Below are positions 51,374-60,839 of a DNA stretch of 64,000 nucleotides, piece by piece. Where the stretch lies: contig JBJHCF010000020.1 of NCBI GenBank assembly GCA_050506795.1, positions 1 through 64,000 of the forward strand, given 5' to 3'. How positions within the stretch are numbered: the first letter of the stretch is position 1; each line of letters opens with the position of its first letter. The position numbers and the translations under genes are program-made. The stretch comes from Opitutia bacterium (GTDB lineage Bacteria; Verrucomicrobiota; Verrucomicrobiia; Opitutales; T3Sed10-336). The notes under the pieces were generated by a model. The model did no database searches, was not told the origin of the DNA, and saw only the letters and a list, made by a program, of their open reading frames with translations.

Positions 51374-52792
51374 TCAGGTAAGGTCCGCGATATCCCAGCC
51401 CGGTCGGGCTTCGCGTTTCAAGAGTGCTTCGGCTTCGGGGTTTCCGGGAATACGCATGTTTTCGGCGTCGTATTCGATCGATTTGTTGGTGCGAGTGGCC
51501 AGGGTGCCGAGGTGCATGACTTCGGTGAACTTGGCGGAGTAATCGAAGTTGGAGGTCGGCGTGCCGTCTTCCTGGATGGCGCGGAGAAAGTCGGCCATGA
51601 TGCCGCCCTGCACGCGAGGAAGGGTCCGGGGAGGGCGCAGGGATTCGTCGGCGCGGAAAGCATCCCAGCGTTCGTCCGGGTACAGGCGTGGGGAGTAGGG
51701 CCGCATGAAGGTGTGCCCGATCACGCCGGATTCACCCACCATCACCAGCCCGCCGCCACGATCCATGTCTCGGGCGGTTTCCGGCAGGCCGAAGCCTTCC
51801 GGGAGGCGTGGAAGCAAGGGCCCTTCGTACCATTTGATCTCGACCGGAGGCTTTCCATTGGGAAGGTCGAAGTGATAGGTGACGATCGAGCCGTCGACCT
51901 TGTGAATCGGATTGGGTTCCGCCTGCATTTCCACGTCGATTCGACGAGGGTAGTCGAGCTCCAGAGCCCAGTAGGGTGCGTCAAGGGTGTGACATCCGAT
52001 ATCGCCGAGCGATCCGGTACCGAAGGCCCACCAATGACGCCAGAATTGTTCGCGTTGGCCGGGATTGTGAAACGTCTGATTGTAGGCGATCGGTTCGGTC
52101 ACGGGTCCGAGCCAGAGATCCCAGTCCAGGCGGTCCGGCACTTCCTGGGCAGGCGGATACTCCTCCGCCGTGCCGGGGCGAAAACCCCAGCCCCGATGCG
52201 GACGATCGGTCCAGCCGATAATCTCCTTCACATCGCCTATCAGGCCGGCCTGATACCATTCCTTGAACAGGCGAATGCCTTCGCTGGCATGTCCCTGGTT
52301 TGCCATCTGCGTCTTCACTCCCCGTTCCCTGGCCAGATTCATCAAAGTTCGCGCCTCCCAAGCCGAGTGGGTGAGCGGTTTTTCGCAGAAGACGTGTTTG
52401 CCCCGGGAAATTGCCATGTAGGCGGCGGCGAAGTGGGTGTGATCGGGAGTGGCGATGCCGACGGCGTCGATCTCGTCGTCCATTTCGTCGAGCATCACGC
52501 GAAAGTCCTTGTAAAACTTTGCATTGGGAAACAATTCCCGGGGATTGCCCCATGGATTGTCGTCGACATCACACAAAGCGACGATGTTGGCCATCTCGGA
52601 CGGCACACCTCGCAGCACCGTTGTTCCCTGGTTTCCCGGACCAATCCACGCCAGGTTGACTCGATTGTTGGCACCAAAGACCGAATGCGGCATGAAGAAC
52701 GGAAGAGTGACCGCGGCGGCGGCGCCTTTGATGAATTTCCGGCGACTAAGGGGGGCGATAGGCGGTGTCTTTGTCTCGGTTCTTGTCTTCAT
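51374..52792 (-). CDS. Tat-exported Gfo/Idh/MocA oxidoreductase
   Basis: SRRKFIK Tat motif, ATPDHTH, HVFCEKPL, DWDLWLGP, GSLGDIGCH. Confidence 0.93.
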   Translation of the reverse strand: MKTRTETKTPPIAPLSRRKFIKGAAAAVTLPFFMPHSVFGANNRVNLAWIGPGNQGTTVLRGVPSEMANIVALCDVDDNPWGNPRELFPNAKFYKDFRVMLDEMDDEIDAVGIATPDHTHFAAAYMAISRGKHVFCEKPLTHSAWEARTLMNLARERGVKTQMANQGHASEGIRLFKEWYQAGLIGDVKEIIGWTDRPHRGWGFRPGTAEEYPPAQEVPDRLDWDLWLGPVTEPIAYNQTFHNPGQREQFWRHWWAFGTGSLGDIGCHTLDAPYWALELDYPRRIDVEMQAEPNPIHKVDGSIVTYHFDLPNGKPPVEIKWYEGPLLPRLPEGFGLPETARDMDRGGGLVMVGESGVIGHTFMRPYSPRLYPDERWDAFRADESLRPPRTLPRVQGGIMADFLRAIQEDGTPTSNFDYSAKFTEVMHLGTLATRTNKSIEYDAENMRIPGNPEAEALLKREARPGWDIADLT

Positions 52793-53095
52793 AATGGTTC
52801 TCTTCCGGGCGTTTTTAGCGTCAGACCTTCATTATGGCAATTGATTGCCGAGGGTGCAATAAAATGTTTGTTCCTGGGAATCGTTCGACCGATGACCGAT
52901 AGTCCGGCGTGACCGAAATCGTCCGTGAGTTGGCGGGCGGCTGTCGCGGACGAGAGCCCGACTTCGCGGCCGGGCCTGCGAGGTTCAGATGTGGGAGGTC
53001 TTTGTCGGAACAACTGGAGACGGTCCATGTCCTTTGCGGTTGTGGATTTACACCTTGATGCCGAGGTGATTTAGCGATGAAAAAACGGGAGAGGA

Positions 53096-53725
53096 ATGTC
53101 GGAGAAACTTGGAATTAGCGGCGCCGGAGCACTGGAATTGGCCCTGTGCGCTTCCGTCGTGTTTGCGCTCAGTTTGCAGGGCCGGGAGGATTTGATTGAG
53201 AACTCGCCCTTTGTGCCGCAGGGCTTCGAGAACCCCGAGGAGCCGCAGCCCGAACCGGCGCCGGAGCCCGATCCGGAGCCGGTGGATGACGCGCTCGATT
53301 CACTGCAACTGCGGGGTGTTACGGTTATGGGTGATGAGACCCGTTTCAGCTTTTACGATCCGGAGCGCGACGAAGGTTTCTGGCTGAGCGTCGACGAAAC
53401 CGAAGCAGGCTATACCGTGACCGATTTCGAGGAATCTTTGGATTCCGTAACGGTGCGGCATGGCGAGAGCGAACGTTCCCTGATGCTGTACGAAGCCGAA
53501 GTGGGAGAGCTTTCCTCTGAAGAGGTGGAGCGCATGCGGAGAGAGCAGCAGGAGCGACGCGAAGCTGCTCAGGCCCCGGCGGCCCGGCAACCGACTGCGG
53601 ATCAGGCCGAAGGAAGCGAGGCGTCCGATACCGTGGAATCACGTGACGACCGCCTGCAGCAAGCCGCCCAGGAATTGCGCCAGCGGCGGGCTCTGCGCGG
53701 CGGCGGCGATCAGGAGTCGGATTGA
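53096..53725 (+). CDS. Hypothetical exported/anchored protein, possibly GspC/PilP-HR-like
   Basis: Hydrophobic N-terminus, NSPF, PE-rich linker, LQLRGV...FSFYD...FWL small beta domain, charged helical tail. Confidence 0.6.
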   Translation: MSEKLGISGAGALELALCASVVFALSLQGREDLIENSPFVPQGFENPEEPQPEPAPEPDPEPVDDALDSLQLRGVTVMGDETRFSFYDPERDEGFWLSVDETEAGYTVTDFEESLDSVTVRHGESERSLMLYEAEVGELSSEEVERMRREQQERREAAQAPAARQPTADQAEGSEASDTVESRDDRLQQAAQELRQRRALRGGGDQESD

Positions 53726-55842
53726 TTTTCCGGTTGCCGTGCCGGTGAAGGAAGCGATCGTGTGCTTCGACCGGCACGCCATTTGCCGTCGATCAGAAGC
53801 GTGGTCGGGTTTTCCGGGATACCGTATTCGTTTTTTTCGATCAGTCCGACCAGAAGATCCACCGCGCGGGAGCCCAGCATCCGGCCGTTCTGATCGATTC
53901 CGGAGATCTGATCATTGGATTGCCGGTCGAGGCTGACGAGCGCGATATCTTCCGGTATCCGGAATCCCCAATTCGTCAGTTGTTCCAGCAGTTCGTGTGC
54001 ACGAGGAGTCAGAATAAGATCCGGGGTTTCCAGGTCCAGCCACTGCCGGAAAGCCAAAGGGTTGCGGTCTTCGACAACATAATATCGTGGTATCAGACGG
54101 CCGCTGAATTCATGGAGTTGCATGAGGAAGGATGCCATCCAGCGGTCCTGGACGTAATACGCGACCCTGGAGGATACCGCCAGCCCGATTCGACGGTAGC
54201 CCTGGCGAATCGATTCTCCAATCGCTTTTTTTACTGAACGGTAGGTGTCCGTCGCGACACGATGAATACGCGGGGATTCAAGTGCAAACCCCACGCTGAC
54301 ATTGCAAAAGGAATCCCAGTTGAGCTGCAAACCGGCTATGTGTGGTGAAAACGGGGGGATGAGTAGGCCCCGGATGCTTTTGCGCTCCAGGGAGTCGCTG
54401 AATCTGGCTCCTTCCTCAGGGTCCTCAAGCCAAACGTTTTCGAGCACGAATCCAAGAGCGTCCGCTCGAAGGCGTGCACCGTGGTAGTACTGTGAAAGCA
54501 GGGGGTATTCACTTTTCCAATCGTTCCGGGTTGGAAAGGTGGTGAGAAATCCGAGACCGGGCCGTTTGCGAGTGGGAATCCTGCTTCTCCTTTGCCGCAT
54601 AAGTTCGGTGACCATAGGGTTCTTTCGGTAGCCGAATTCGATTGCGATATTCCGTATCCGCTCCTGGGTCGCCTTGGGAATTCTTGGGGTTCCTTTCAGG
54701 GCGAGTGATACCGTGGCGGGGTGAACTCCGGCGAGTTTGGCGACGTCACGCATGGAGACGTTTCTTTTTCTTATACTGGGAGTTTCTGTTGTGGTGGAGT
54801 GGGGCGTTATGGTCGCGAGATCGTTTCTTAGGGTTGTACCTGGAACCCAGGTCGGTTCGGTCAGGAATATGCCGGGATGATCGGGGATCCCGTGTTCCCC
54901 GCGGTCGATTCCGCCGACAAGTAGGTCCACAGCCTGCTCGCCGATACGGTCTGGGTTCTCATAAATACCGGAGATATTGGTTCGGGTATTGGGAAGATTG
55001 AGACTGACAAAACCGATGTCTTCAGGAACCCGGCGACCACTTTGCCGAACCTTCCGCAGGAAGACGTCGCCCGCGTAAGCGAGCACCACATCCGGGCTCT
55101 CACGTTCGAGCCAATCGAAGAATAGAGCGTCTTCATTACGATCCATAATCAACGGGGGCACGGGTGTCGCGTCGCTTAGTTGTCTCTGTTCCAACAGGTA
55201 GGCGGCGAGCCAGCGCTGATCCACTCGTTCGTTGCTGCGTTTGGTGACCACCAGGCCGATCCTGCGATGCCCGAGTTGGTGGCATCGGCGAACGGCGGTC
55301 CGCATCGCCTGCAGGTGGTCGCAGGACACTCGATTCAAGAATGGTCGTGTGAAGGAAAAGCCGAGCGCTACGGAATGAATGTTATCCCAGGCAAGGTCGA
55401 ACCCATTTCTGCCGTCAGGAAGGGGCGCTATAAGGGCGCCTCGGATGCCCCGGTTATACAGGATTTCGCTGACTCGCACGGCATACGCGCTGTGGGGGCC
55501 CATCCAAAAGGTCTCCAGGCGGTAACCCAGTTCGACGGCCCTGGTTGTGGCTGCCTGATGATAGATCGCGAAATTCGCGGCCTTTGACCAGGAGTCGGGT
55601 GTTTGATGAGAGGTGATAAACGCCAGGACGGATCTTGGGGTTTGAGGGATTCTGTTGCGGCGATTGGCCGCTAAAATTGCGGAATAGGGGTCCCTCCGGT
55701 AGCCGAGTCTTTTTGCGACCCGCTCAATCTTTTGTCTCGTTTCAGCAGAAGGCCCAGGTTTGCCGGAAAGCGCGAGCGATACGGTGGCGGCGGTCACTCC
55801 GGCGGCGGCACCGATTTCCTTCAAGCTGACTGTTTTTTTCAT
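53710..55842 (-). CDS. Tandem double LacI-family transcriptional regulator
   Basis: Two HTHs (VSLKEIGAAAGVTAATVSLAL; VSMRDVAKLAGVHPATVSLAL), each followed by a sugar-binding-like domain ending in PEDI..VSL...ISGI. Confidence 0.9.
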   Translation of the reverse strand: MKKTVSLKEIGAAAGVTAATVSLALSGKPGPSAETRQKIERVAKRLGYRRDPYSAILAANRRNRIPQTPRSVLAFITSHQTPDSWSKAANFAIYHQAATTRAVELGYRLETFWMGPHSAYAVRVSEILYNRGIRGALIAPLPDGRNGFDLAWDNIHSVALGFSFTRPFLNRVSCDHLQAMRTAVRRCHQLGHRRIGLVVTKRSNERVDQRWLAAYLLEQRQLSDATPVPPLIMDRNEDALFFDWLERESPDVVLAYAGDVFLRKVRQSGRRVPEDIGFVSLNLPNTRTNISGIYENPDRIGEQAVDLLVGGIDRGEHGIPDHPGIFLTEPTWVPGTTLRNDLATITPHSTTTETPSIRKRNVSMRDVAKLAGVHPATVSLALKGTPRIPKATQERIRNIAIEFGYRKNPMVTELMRQRRSRIPTRKRPGLGFLTTFPTRNDWKSEYPLLSQYYHGARLRADALGFVLENVWLEDPEEGARFSDSLERKSIRGLLIPPFSPHIAGLQLNWDSFCNVSVGFALESPRIHRVATDTYRSVKKAIGESIRQGYRRIGLAVSSRVAYYVQDRWMASFLMQLHEFSGRLIPRYYVVEDRNPLAFRQWLDLETPDLILTPRAHELLEQLTNWGFRIPEDIALVSLDRQSNDQISGIDQNGRMLGSRAVDLLVGLIEKNEYGIPENPTTLLIDGKWRAGRSTRSLPSPARQPENQSDS

Positions 55843-56319
55843 AACCCGAGTCGAACGCATGAATTGTGAAGGGATGGATGGCAATTTGATCGGGCCGTCC
55901 CCAACGAAATTGACAGCATCAATACCGTTGAGATCGAAGTGATATATATCAAATAATCAAGCTGGAAACCTGACATCGAACGAACGGGGGTTTCCGCCGC
56001 CAACGAAGTGGGCTGAGGATGCGATAGGTGAGCGGATCCTGGTCCGTCACGAAGGACGTGAATCCGGAACCCCCTAAGAATTTGGGGGTTCTGAATCCAT
56101 CTCATATCGAACGCAGAACGTAAGAGAGTGTGACTTTGATCATGTCGGCGTTGGTGTTACCGAAAGCTGGTGCTGATACAAATGGGTTTGGTCAACGCAT
56201 TAAATCAGAAAGCCCTGGATTCAGTCGCCGGAGATTGAGATATATATTTGGAAGGAAATCCCAACCGTTCGGGATTACGCTTATAACCCAAGATCTGGAG
56301 GTTTCTGGACATGTTGTAT

Positions 56320-59300
56320 ATGAAGACAATCTTTCGCACGCGAATCGCTTCACTTGTGTTTTTCGCACTCGTTATGATTGCCGGGGTCGTTTCGGCTCAG
56401 CAGAGAATTATGATCGTAACGGATCGTCAAAACGATGAAGCAGGTTATGCCGAATGGCTTTCCGGTTTGGGTTTCGAAGTGACGGTGAGCGAGAGCGAGG
56501 AGTTCCGCGGAAGTCTGGACGAGGCACAGCGCGCCACGCTCGAAGGTTTCGACCTGGTGATTATGTCCCGAAACACCAACAGCGGCGCTTACAATGAAGC
56601 CGAAGATTGGAACGGCCTCAATGTGCCGCTGTTGCTGCACAGCGCCTGGCTTTCGCGCAGCAGCCACTGGGATTGGTTCAACGGTACCGATATTTTAACG
56701 CGAGACGCCGATTTCCTCCAGGTCGGCAGTTCCAGGTTCGCGGGCGAAAACGAGAACACTGTTCCCGATTTCGATCATCCGATTTTTGATGGTGTGACGA
56801 TCATTGAAGACGCCCCTTTTCCGACCGTCAGCGTCAGGTCCACCGCCGCCGGCATTAACGCGATCATCGGAGACCCGGGAGCGGGACAATGGATATTGAG
56901 CGACACCCAAACAGGGAGTCAGCGGCCTATGATGGTCGATTACGTCGGCGATATGGGAGCGGCGTATTACCCGGGCTCTGGGCAAACGATCGTCAACCGC
57001 AGGTTTTATTTCAGTTTCATCGGTGAATACAATATTGGCTCCGCCGAGGAATGGCGGGGGTTGTTTACCGGCGACGGCGAGCGGATATTGGCGAACGCGA
57101 TTTATCGGACCGGGGATTTGGACCGGACGCAGTCGCTGCCGTTCCATGCGGATTTCGGGTCGGTTCGTTTTATCGATTTCTTGAACCGGACGACCGCCGC
57201 GCCCTTTGCCATGGAACCGGTCAGTGACGGTGGCACGGTGTACTTTGACGATGACGCCACCGTTGACGCGTTGCCCGCGGGGCTTTCCGGCAACTTTGCG
57301 CTCAAGACCAGCAACATCGACTACGATGTCCTTCTGGAGTTTCCCGGCGCGGGTCAGTTCGGTTGGGTCGATACAAACCTGGACCCGACCGCCCTTTCCT
57401 TTCCCCTTTCGTTCTCAATCTGGACGAACCGGTTCGATGACGGCACCAATCGAAACAAAATCTTCGGGTGGTTTTTCGACGGCGGGGAAAATCGGGGAGA
57501 GCTGGAGATCGATCACGGCGCGAACCAGCTGAGGCTTGTGTGGTGGGGCGGCGACCGTATCGAGGTACCGGCGCCTCCTACGAACGCGTGGGTGCATATC
57601 GGGGTTGTGATCACCGAGGACGACGCGCGTTTGTACGTCGACGGGGCGCATGTCGGCAGCCTGGGAGAAGAAGAATCTCCTCGTCCCCTGACCGACGGCT
57701 CGAACCTATGGATCGGGGCGAGGCCCTCGTTGCAGGAGGGGAGCTTTTCGGGGTGGTTGAAGGACTGGGTCGCGTTCGACGGCGACATCGGCGATGAGGG
57801 TATGGAGCAACTCGCCGCGGAAGCCGGGATGCCCGACGGAACTCTGCTTCAGCACCTTCCGCTCGGCGAAGGTGAAGGGGAGGAAGTCTTCGACGCGTCC
57901 ACCAACGATCTTCATGGAGAGCTTTTCGGAACGTACTCCTGGGGGGAAACGACCCTCGCTCCCGATGCTCCCCTGCAGCACGGGATTGGATTCGTCACCG
58001 CTCTCGATTTGAGCGTGTATCTCGCGGTCGATGCCGAGGCGCCCGTACCGGCGTGGATTTCGAACTCCTACACCGACCTCGGGGAGTCGGTGAGCACGAC
58101 CGCGGGTGATTTCGATCTCTGGCGGCGCGATTTCGCGGCGCGCGAGCGGGTTTCGCTTTTGACGCAAGGCCGGGAACCCGGAGAAAACAACTACTGGGTG
58201 ATCTTGAGCGAAGGGCCTGAGGCGATAACGCCCTCGCCCGACGCATCGTTCATGCGCTCGTCGGCGAACCCTGGGGAATGGCGTTTGGGCGCGCACAACT
58301 GGACGCTCGCGACCGCCGCGGAATCCGCAGCGCACACGGCGGCCATGAGCACCAACCTGATCAATTTCGATGCCGAACGGGGTTTCCGCACCTCGGTCAC
58401 GTTTCGGGTTCCCCGCTTGCAGGACCCCGGCGACAACGCGGTCGGACTCTCGCTGCTCGGGGCTCCGGACGGGTCCGGAGTGCGTGCGGAATGGCTGCCC
58501 CGCCCCGCAGGGGGCGCCTCAAGTCTGCGTCTGGTGAACGCCGAGGATGACGCGGTTTTGGCCGAGGCGGCCTGGACCGGGGCGGTTCCCGCTGCGGTTG
58601 ACAACAATGTCGGCGTAGCCTCGGGTGCGGCCGAGACACTGTTTTCGACGGGGGACCTGGTTTTCGCCGACGATGGCGAGAGGGTTGTTTTTTCCGAGGA
58701 TTTCTCGACTGGCGATGGTTGGACCAGCGGCAGCGACAATCCGGCAACAGATCAGTGGGAAATCGGTGAGCCGACCACCGGCCCCGGCAGTGCTTTCACG
58801 GGGTCAAATGTGGCCGCGACCAATTTAAATGGAGTGTACGCCACCGGCGGCGCGGATACGGTCGCCTGGTTACGCTCACCGGTTATCGACCTCACGGAAA
58901 CCGATGACGCCACCCTCCGCTTTCAGGAGTTCATGGATGTGGATCCATTTCAGCAGAACGAAGAGTTCTTCCATTATGGCGTGATTTCGGTGCTGGACGC
59001 CGACACGATGCAGGAGTTGGCGGAGGAGGTCTACAATGAGAATATTTCGACCTGGAGCGAACGTGTGTTGGACCTTTCCGGCGTAGCCGGACGACGAATC
59101 ATTCTTGAATTCGCGCTGGTCACCGACGAAGTCGATACCGATGTCGGTGAGGGATGGTATATCGACGCGGTCGAAGTGACGGTCGGGGGAATAACGATTC
59201 AGCAACTGCCGGAGACCATCGCGACGGACGGCACTCTGTACGGTATTTCCACCGACCTGGCCGGAGTCGAGGACAACAACGATGACCACCTGCAATTCAC

Positions 59301-60228
59301 AGTAACCGATCGCTCGGTGTCGGGCAACGACGGTGTGACGGTCTACGTGGCCTGGGATGTGCGGGCTTCCGGTCTGGAACCGGCCTGGCTGCGCGACGAG
59401 TTCGCGCAAACGGACCACTTCGTCGGAGTCACGGGCGCGGCCGGGGAACACCGGCTCTGGGCCCGGGAGTACTCCGACGGCGACACGGTGACGCTCGGAG
59501 GCGCTTCGGCGCCCGGAAGCGGGCCGTACCCGGCGAGCGGCATCAACAACTACTTCGTGCTCTTCGGTGATGCCCGGCCGGGATTGGAGTCCTTTTACAC
59601 CCTCACCGCGGAGGGAGTGAAAAACGAGGGCGTTTGGGAAATTGAGCTTTCGATGAGCGATTCGGACGGGAACGCCGAGATGCTTGCGGGCACGACCGGA
59701 GAAGGCATCGAGGGGTCGTCCTTCGGGTTTTTCGCCCGGCATCCAGACGCGGGGGGCGCGACGGTAACGCACGCTCCGATATGGGAGGTTTATGCGATGT
59801 CCATGGGCTTTTTGGAAAGCCTTACGGGCTTCCAGGCCTGGCGGGAGGAGAACTTCCCCGGGCAGCTCGACAATCCCGATATCAGCGGTCCCGAAGCTTC
59901 CCCCGCCGGGGATGGCGTTCCGAACCTGATGAAATACGCTTTGGACCTGGCGCCTTTTGAACCGGTGTCGTCCGAAGACCTCCACACGATGGAGAGCGTC
60001 GGCGACGGGAACATCATGCTCGTGTTCTGGAAACGAACCGACATCGACGATGTCGTCTATATTCCGGAGGTTTCGGAGAATCTGATCGATTGGAGCAGCG
60101 GTGCCCCGAATGTCGTCGAAACCACCGGCGCCGTCGAGGGGAATTTGCAGGAGATCGAGGCCGTAGGCAGCCTTCCGGGTGATTCCGAACGCAGATTTAT
60201 GCGCTTGAGAGTCTTACAGGCGGAATAG
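56320..60228 (+). CDS. Large acidic secreted multidomain protein (GATase-like N-domain, LamG, MAM-like, C-terminal tail)
   Basis: Signal peptide VVSA-QQ; LamG WVHIGVV..ARLYVDG..LWIGAR..FSGWL; WLRSPVIDL..GWYIDAV; DGVPNLMKYAL..EVSENLIDW..RRFMRLRV; start 56311 or 56320. Confidence 0.85.
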   Translation: MKTIFRTRIASLVFFALVMIAGVVSAQQRIMIVTDRQNDEAGYAEWLSGLGFEVTVSESEEFRGSLDEAQRATLEGFDLVIMSRNTNSGAYNEAEDWNGLNVPLLLHSAWLSRSSHWDWFNGTDILTRDADFLQVGSSRFAGENENTVPDFDHPIFDGVTIIEDAPFPTVSVRSTAAGINAIIGDPGAGQWILSDTQTGSQRPMMVDYVGDMGAAYYPGSGQTIVNRRFYFSFIGEYNIGSAEEWRGLFTGDGERILANAIYRTGDLDRTQSLPFHADFGSVRFIDFLNRTTAAPFAMEPVSDGGTVYFDDDATVDALPAGLSGNFALKTSNIDYDVLLEFPGAGQFGWVDTNLDPTALSFPLSFSIWTNRFDDGTNRNKIFGWFFDGGENRGELEIDHGANQLRLVWWGGDRIEVPAPPTNAWVHIGVVITEDDARLYVDGAHVGSLGEEESPRPLTDGSNLWIGARPSLQEGSFSGWLKDWVAFDGDIGDEGMEQLAAEAGMPDGTLLQHLPLGEGEGEEVFDASTNDLHGELFGTYSWGETTLAPDAPLQHGIGFVTALDLSVYLAVDAEAPVPAWISNSYTDLGESVSTTAGDFDLWRRDFAARERVSLLTQGREPGENNYWVILSEGPEAITPSPDASFMRSSANPGEWRLGAHNWTLATAAESAAHTAAMSTNLINFDAERGFRTSVTFRVPRLQDPGDNAVGLSLLGAPDGSGVRAEWLPRPAGGASSLRLVNAEDDAVLAEAAWTGAVPAAVDNNVGVASGAAETLFSTGDLVFADDGERVVFSEDFSTGDGWTSGSDNPATDQWEIGEPTTGPGSAFTGSNVAATNLNGVYATGGADTVAWLRSPVIDLTETDDATLRFQEFMDVDPFQQNEEFFHYGVISVLDADTMQELAEEVYNENISTWSERVLDLSGVAGRRIILEFALVTDEVDTDVGEGWYIDAVEVTVGGITIQQLPETIATDGTLYGISTDLAGVEDNNDDHLQFTVTDRSVSGNDGVTVYVAWDVRASGLEPAWLRDEFAQTDHFVGVTGAAGEHRLWAREYSDGDTVTLGGASAPGSGPYPASGINNYFVLFGDARPGLESFYTLTAEGVKNEGVWEIELSMSDSDGNAEMLAGTTGEGIEGSSFGFFARHPDAGGATVTHAPIWEVYAMSMGFLESLTGFQAWREENFPGQLDNPDISGPEASPAGDGVPNLMKYALDLAPFEPVSSEDLHTMESVGDGNIMLVFWKRTDIDDVVYIPEVSENLIDWSSGAPNVVETTGAVEGNLQEIEAVGSLPGDSERRFMRLRVLQAE

Positions 60229-60369
60229 GCCTTGCCGTTGTCTCTTCGATTGGCGCCTTCCGGCCTCGATCGAAGGAAATAACGGCCCGGATCTTGATGG
60301 GACGTCCGGCGCTCATTGTTCGAAGTCGTCGAACTTGACTTCCTCAATGGCGCCGGTTTTTCTTTCTCA

Positions 60370-60768
60370 ATGAAATCTCGACCTCTTGTACTGTTTCTTT
60401 CACTAATCCTTGCCATGACCATGACCCTTAAGGCTGATGATACTGCGGCGCCCTCCGAAGAGGGGCTCGTCCACACCGTGTTCTTCTGGTTTCACGATAA
60501 CGTGAGCGAGGAGCAGCGATCCGGGTTTTACGAGGATCTCAAGAAACTTCGGGAAATCGAACAAATCCTCCACGGATGGATCGGTGTCCCCGCGCCGACG
60601 GAAGCGCGTGGGGTCATCGACAACACCTACGATTATTCGATCACGTTTGTATTTGAGAGCGTGGCTACGGAGCAGGAGTATCAGGTCCATCCGATGCACA
60701 AGGAATTCGTCGAGAAAAACGCGCATCTCTGGGACAAGGTCGTGGTTTATGACGCGGTGACTCCCTGA
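60370..60768 (+). CDS. Dabb (stress-responsive A/B barrel) protein with signal peptide
   Basis: VHTVFFWF, YDYSITFVF, YQVHPMHKEFV, VVVYD. Confidence 0.9.
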   Translation: MKSRPLVLFLSLILAMTMTLKADDTAAPSEEGLVHTVFFWFHDNVSEEQRSGFYEDLKKLREIEQILHGWIGVPAPTEARGVIDNTYDYSITFVFESVATEQEYQVHPMHKEFVEKNAHLWDKVVVYDAVTP

Positions 60769-60839
60769 GCCACGCTTTATTCGAGAACCGGAGCGTATCC
60801 GGTTTTCGCATTCGAGGCGGGTCTTGGAAAGGGTGAATT

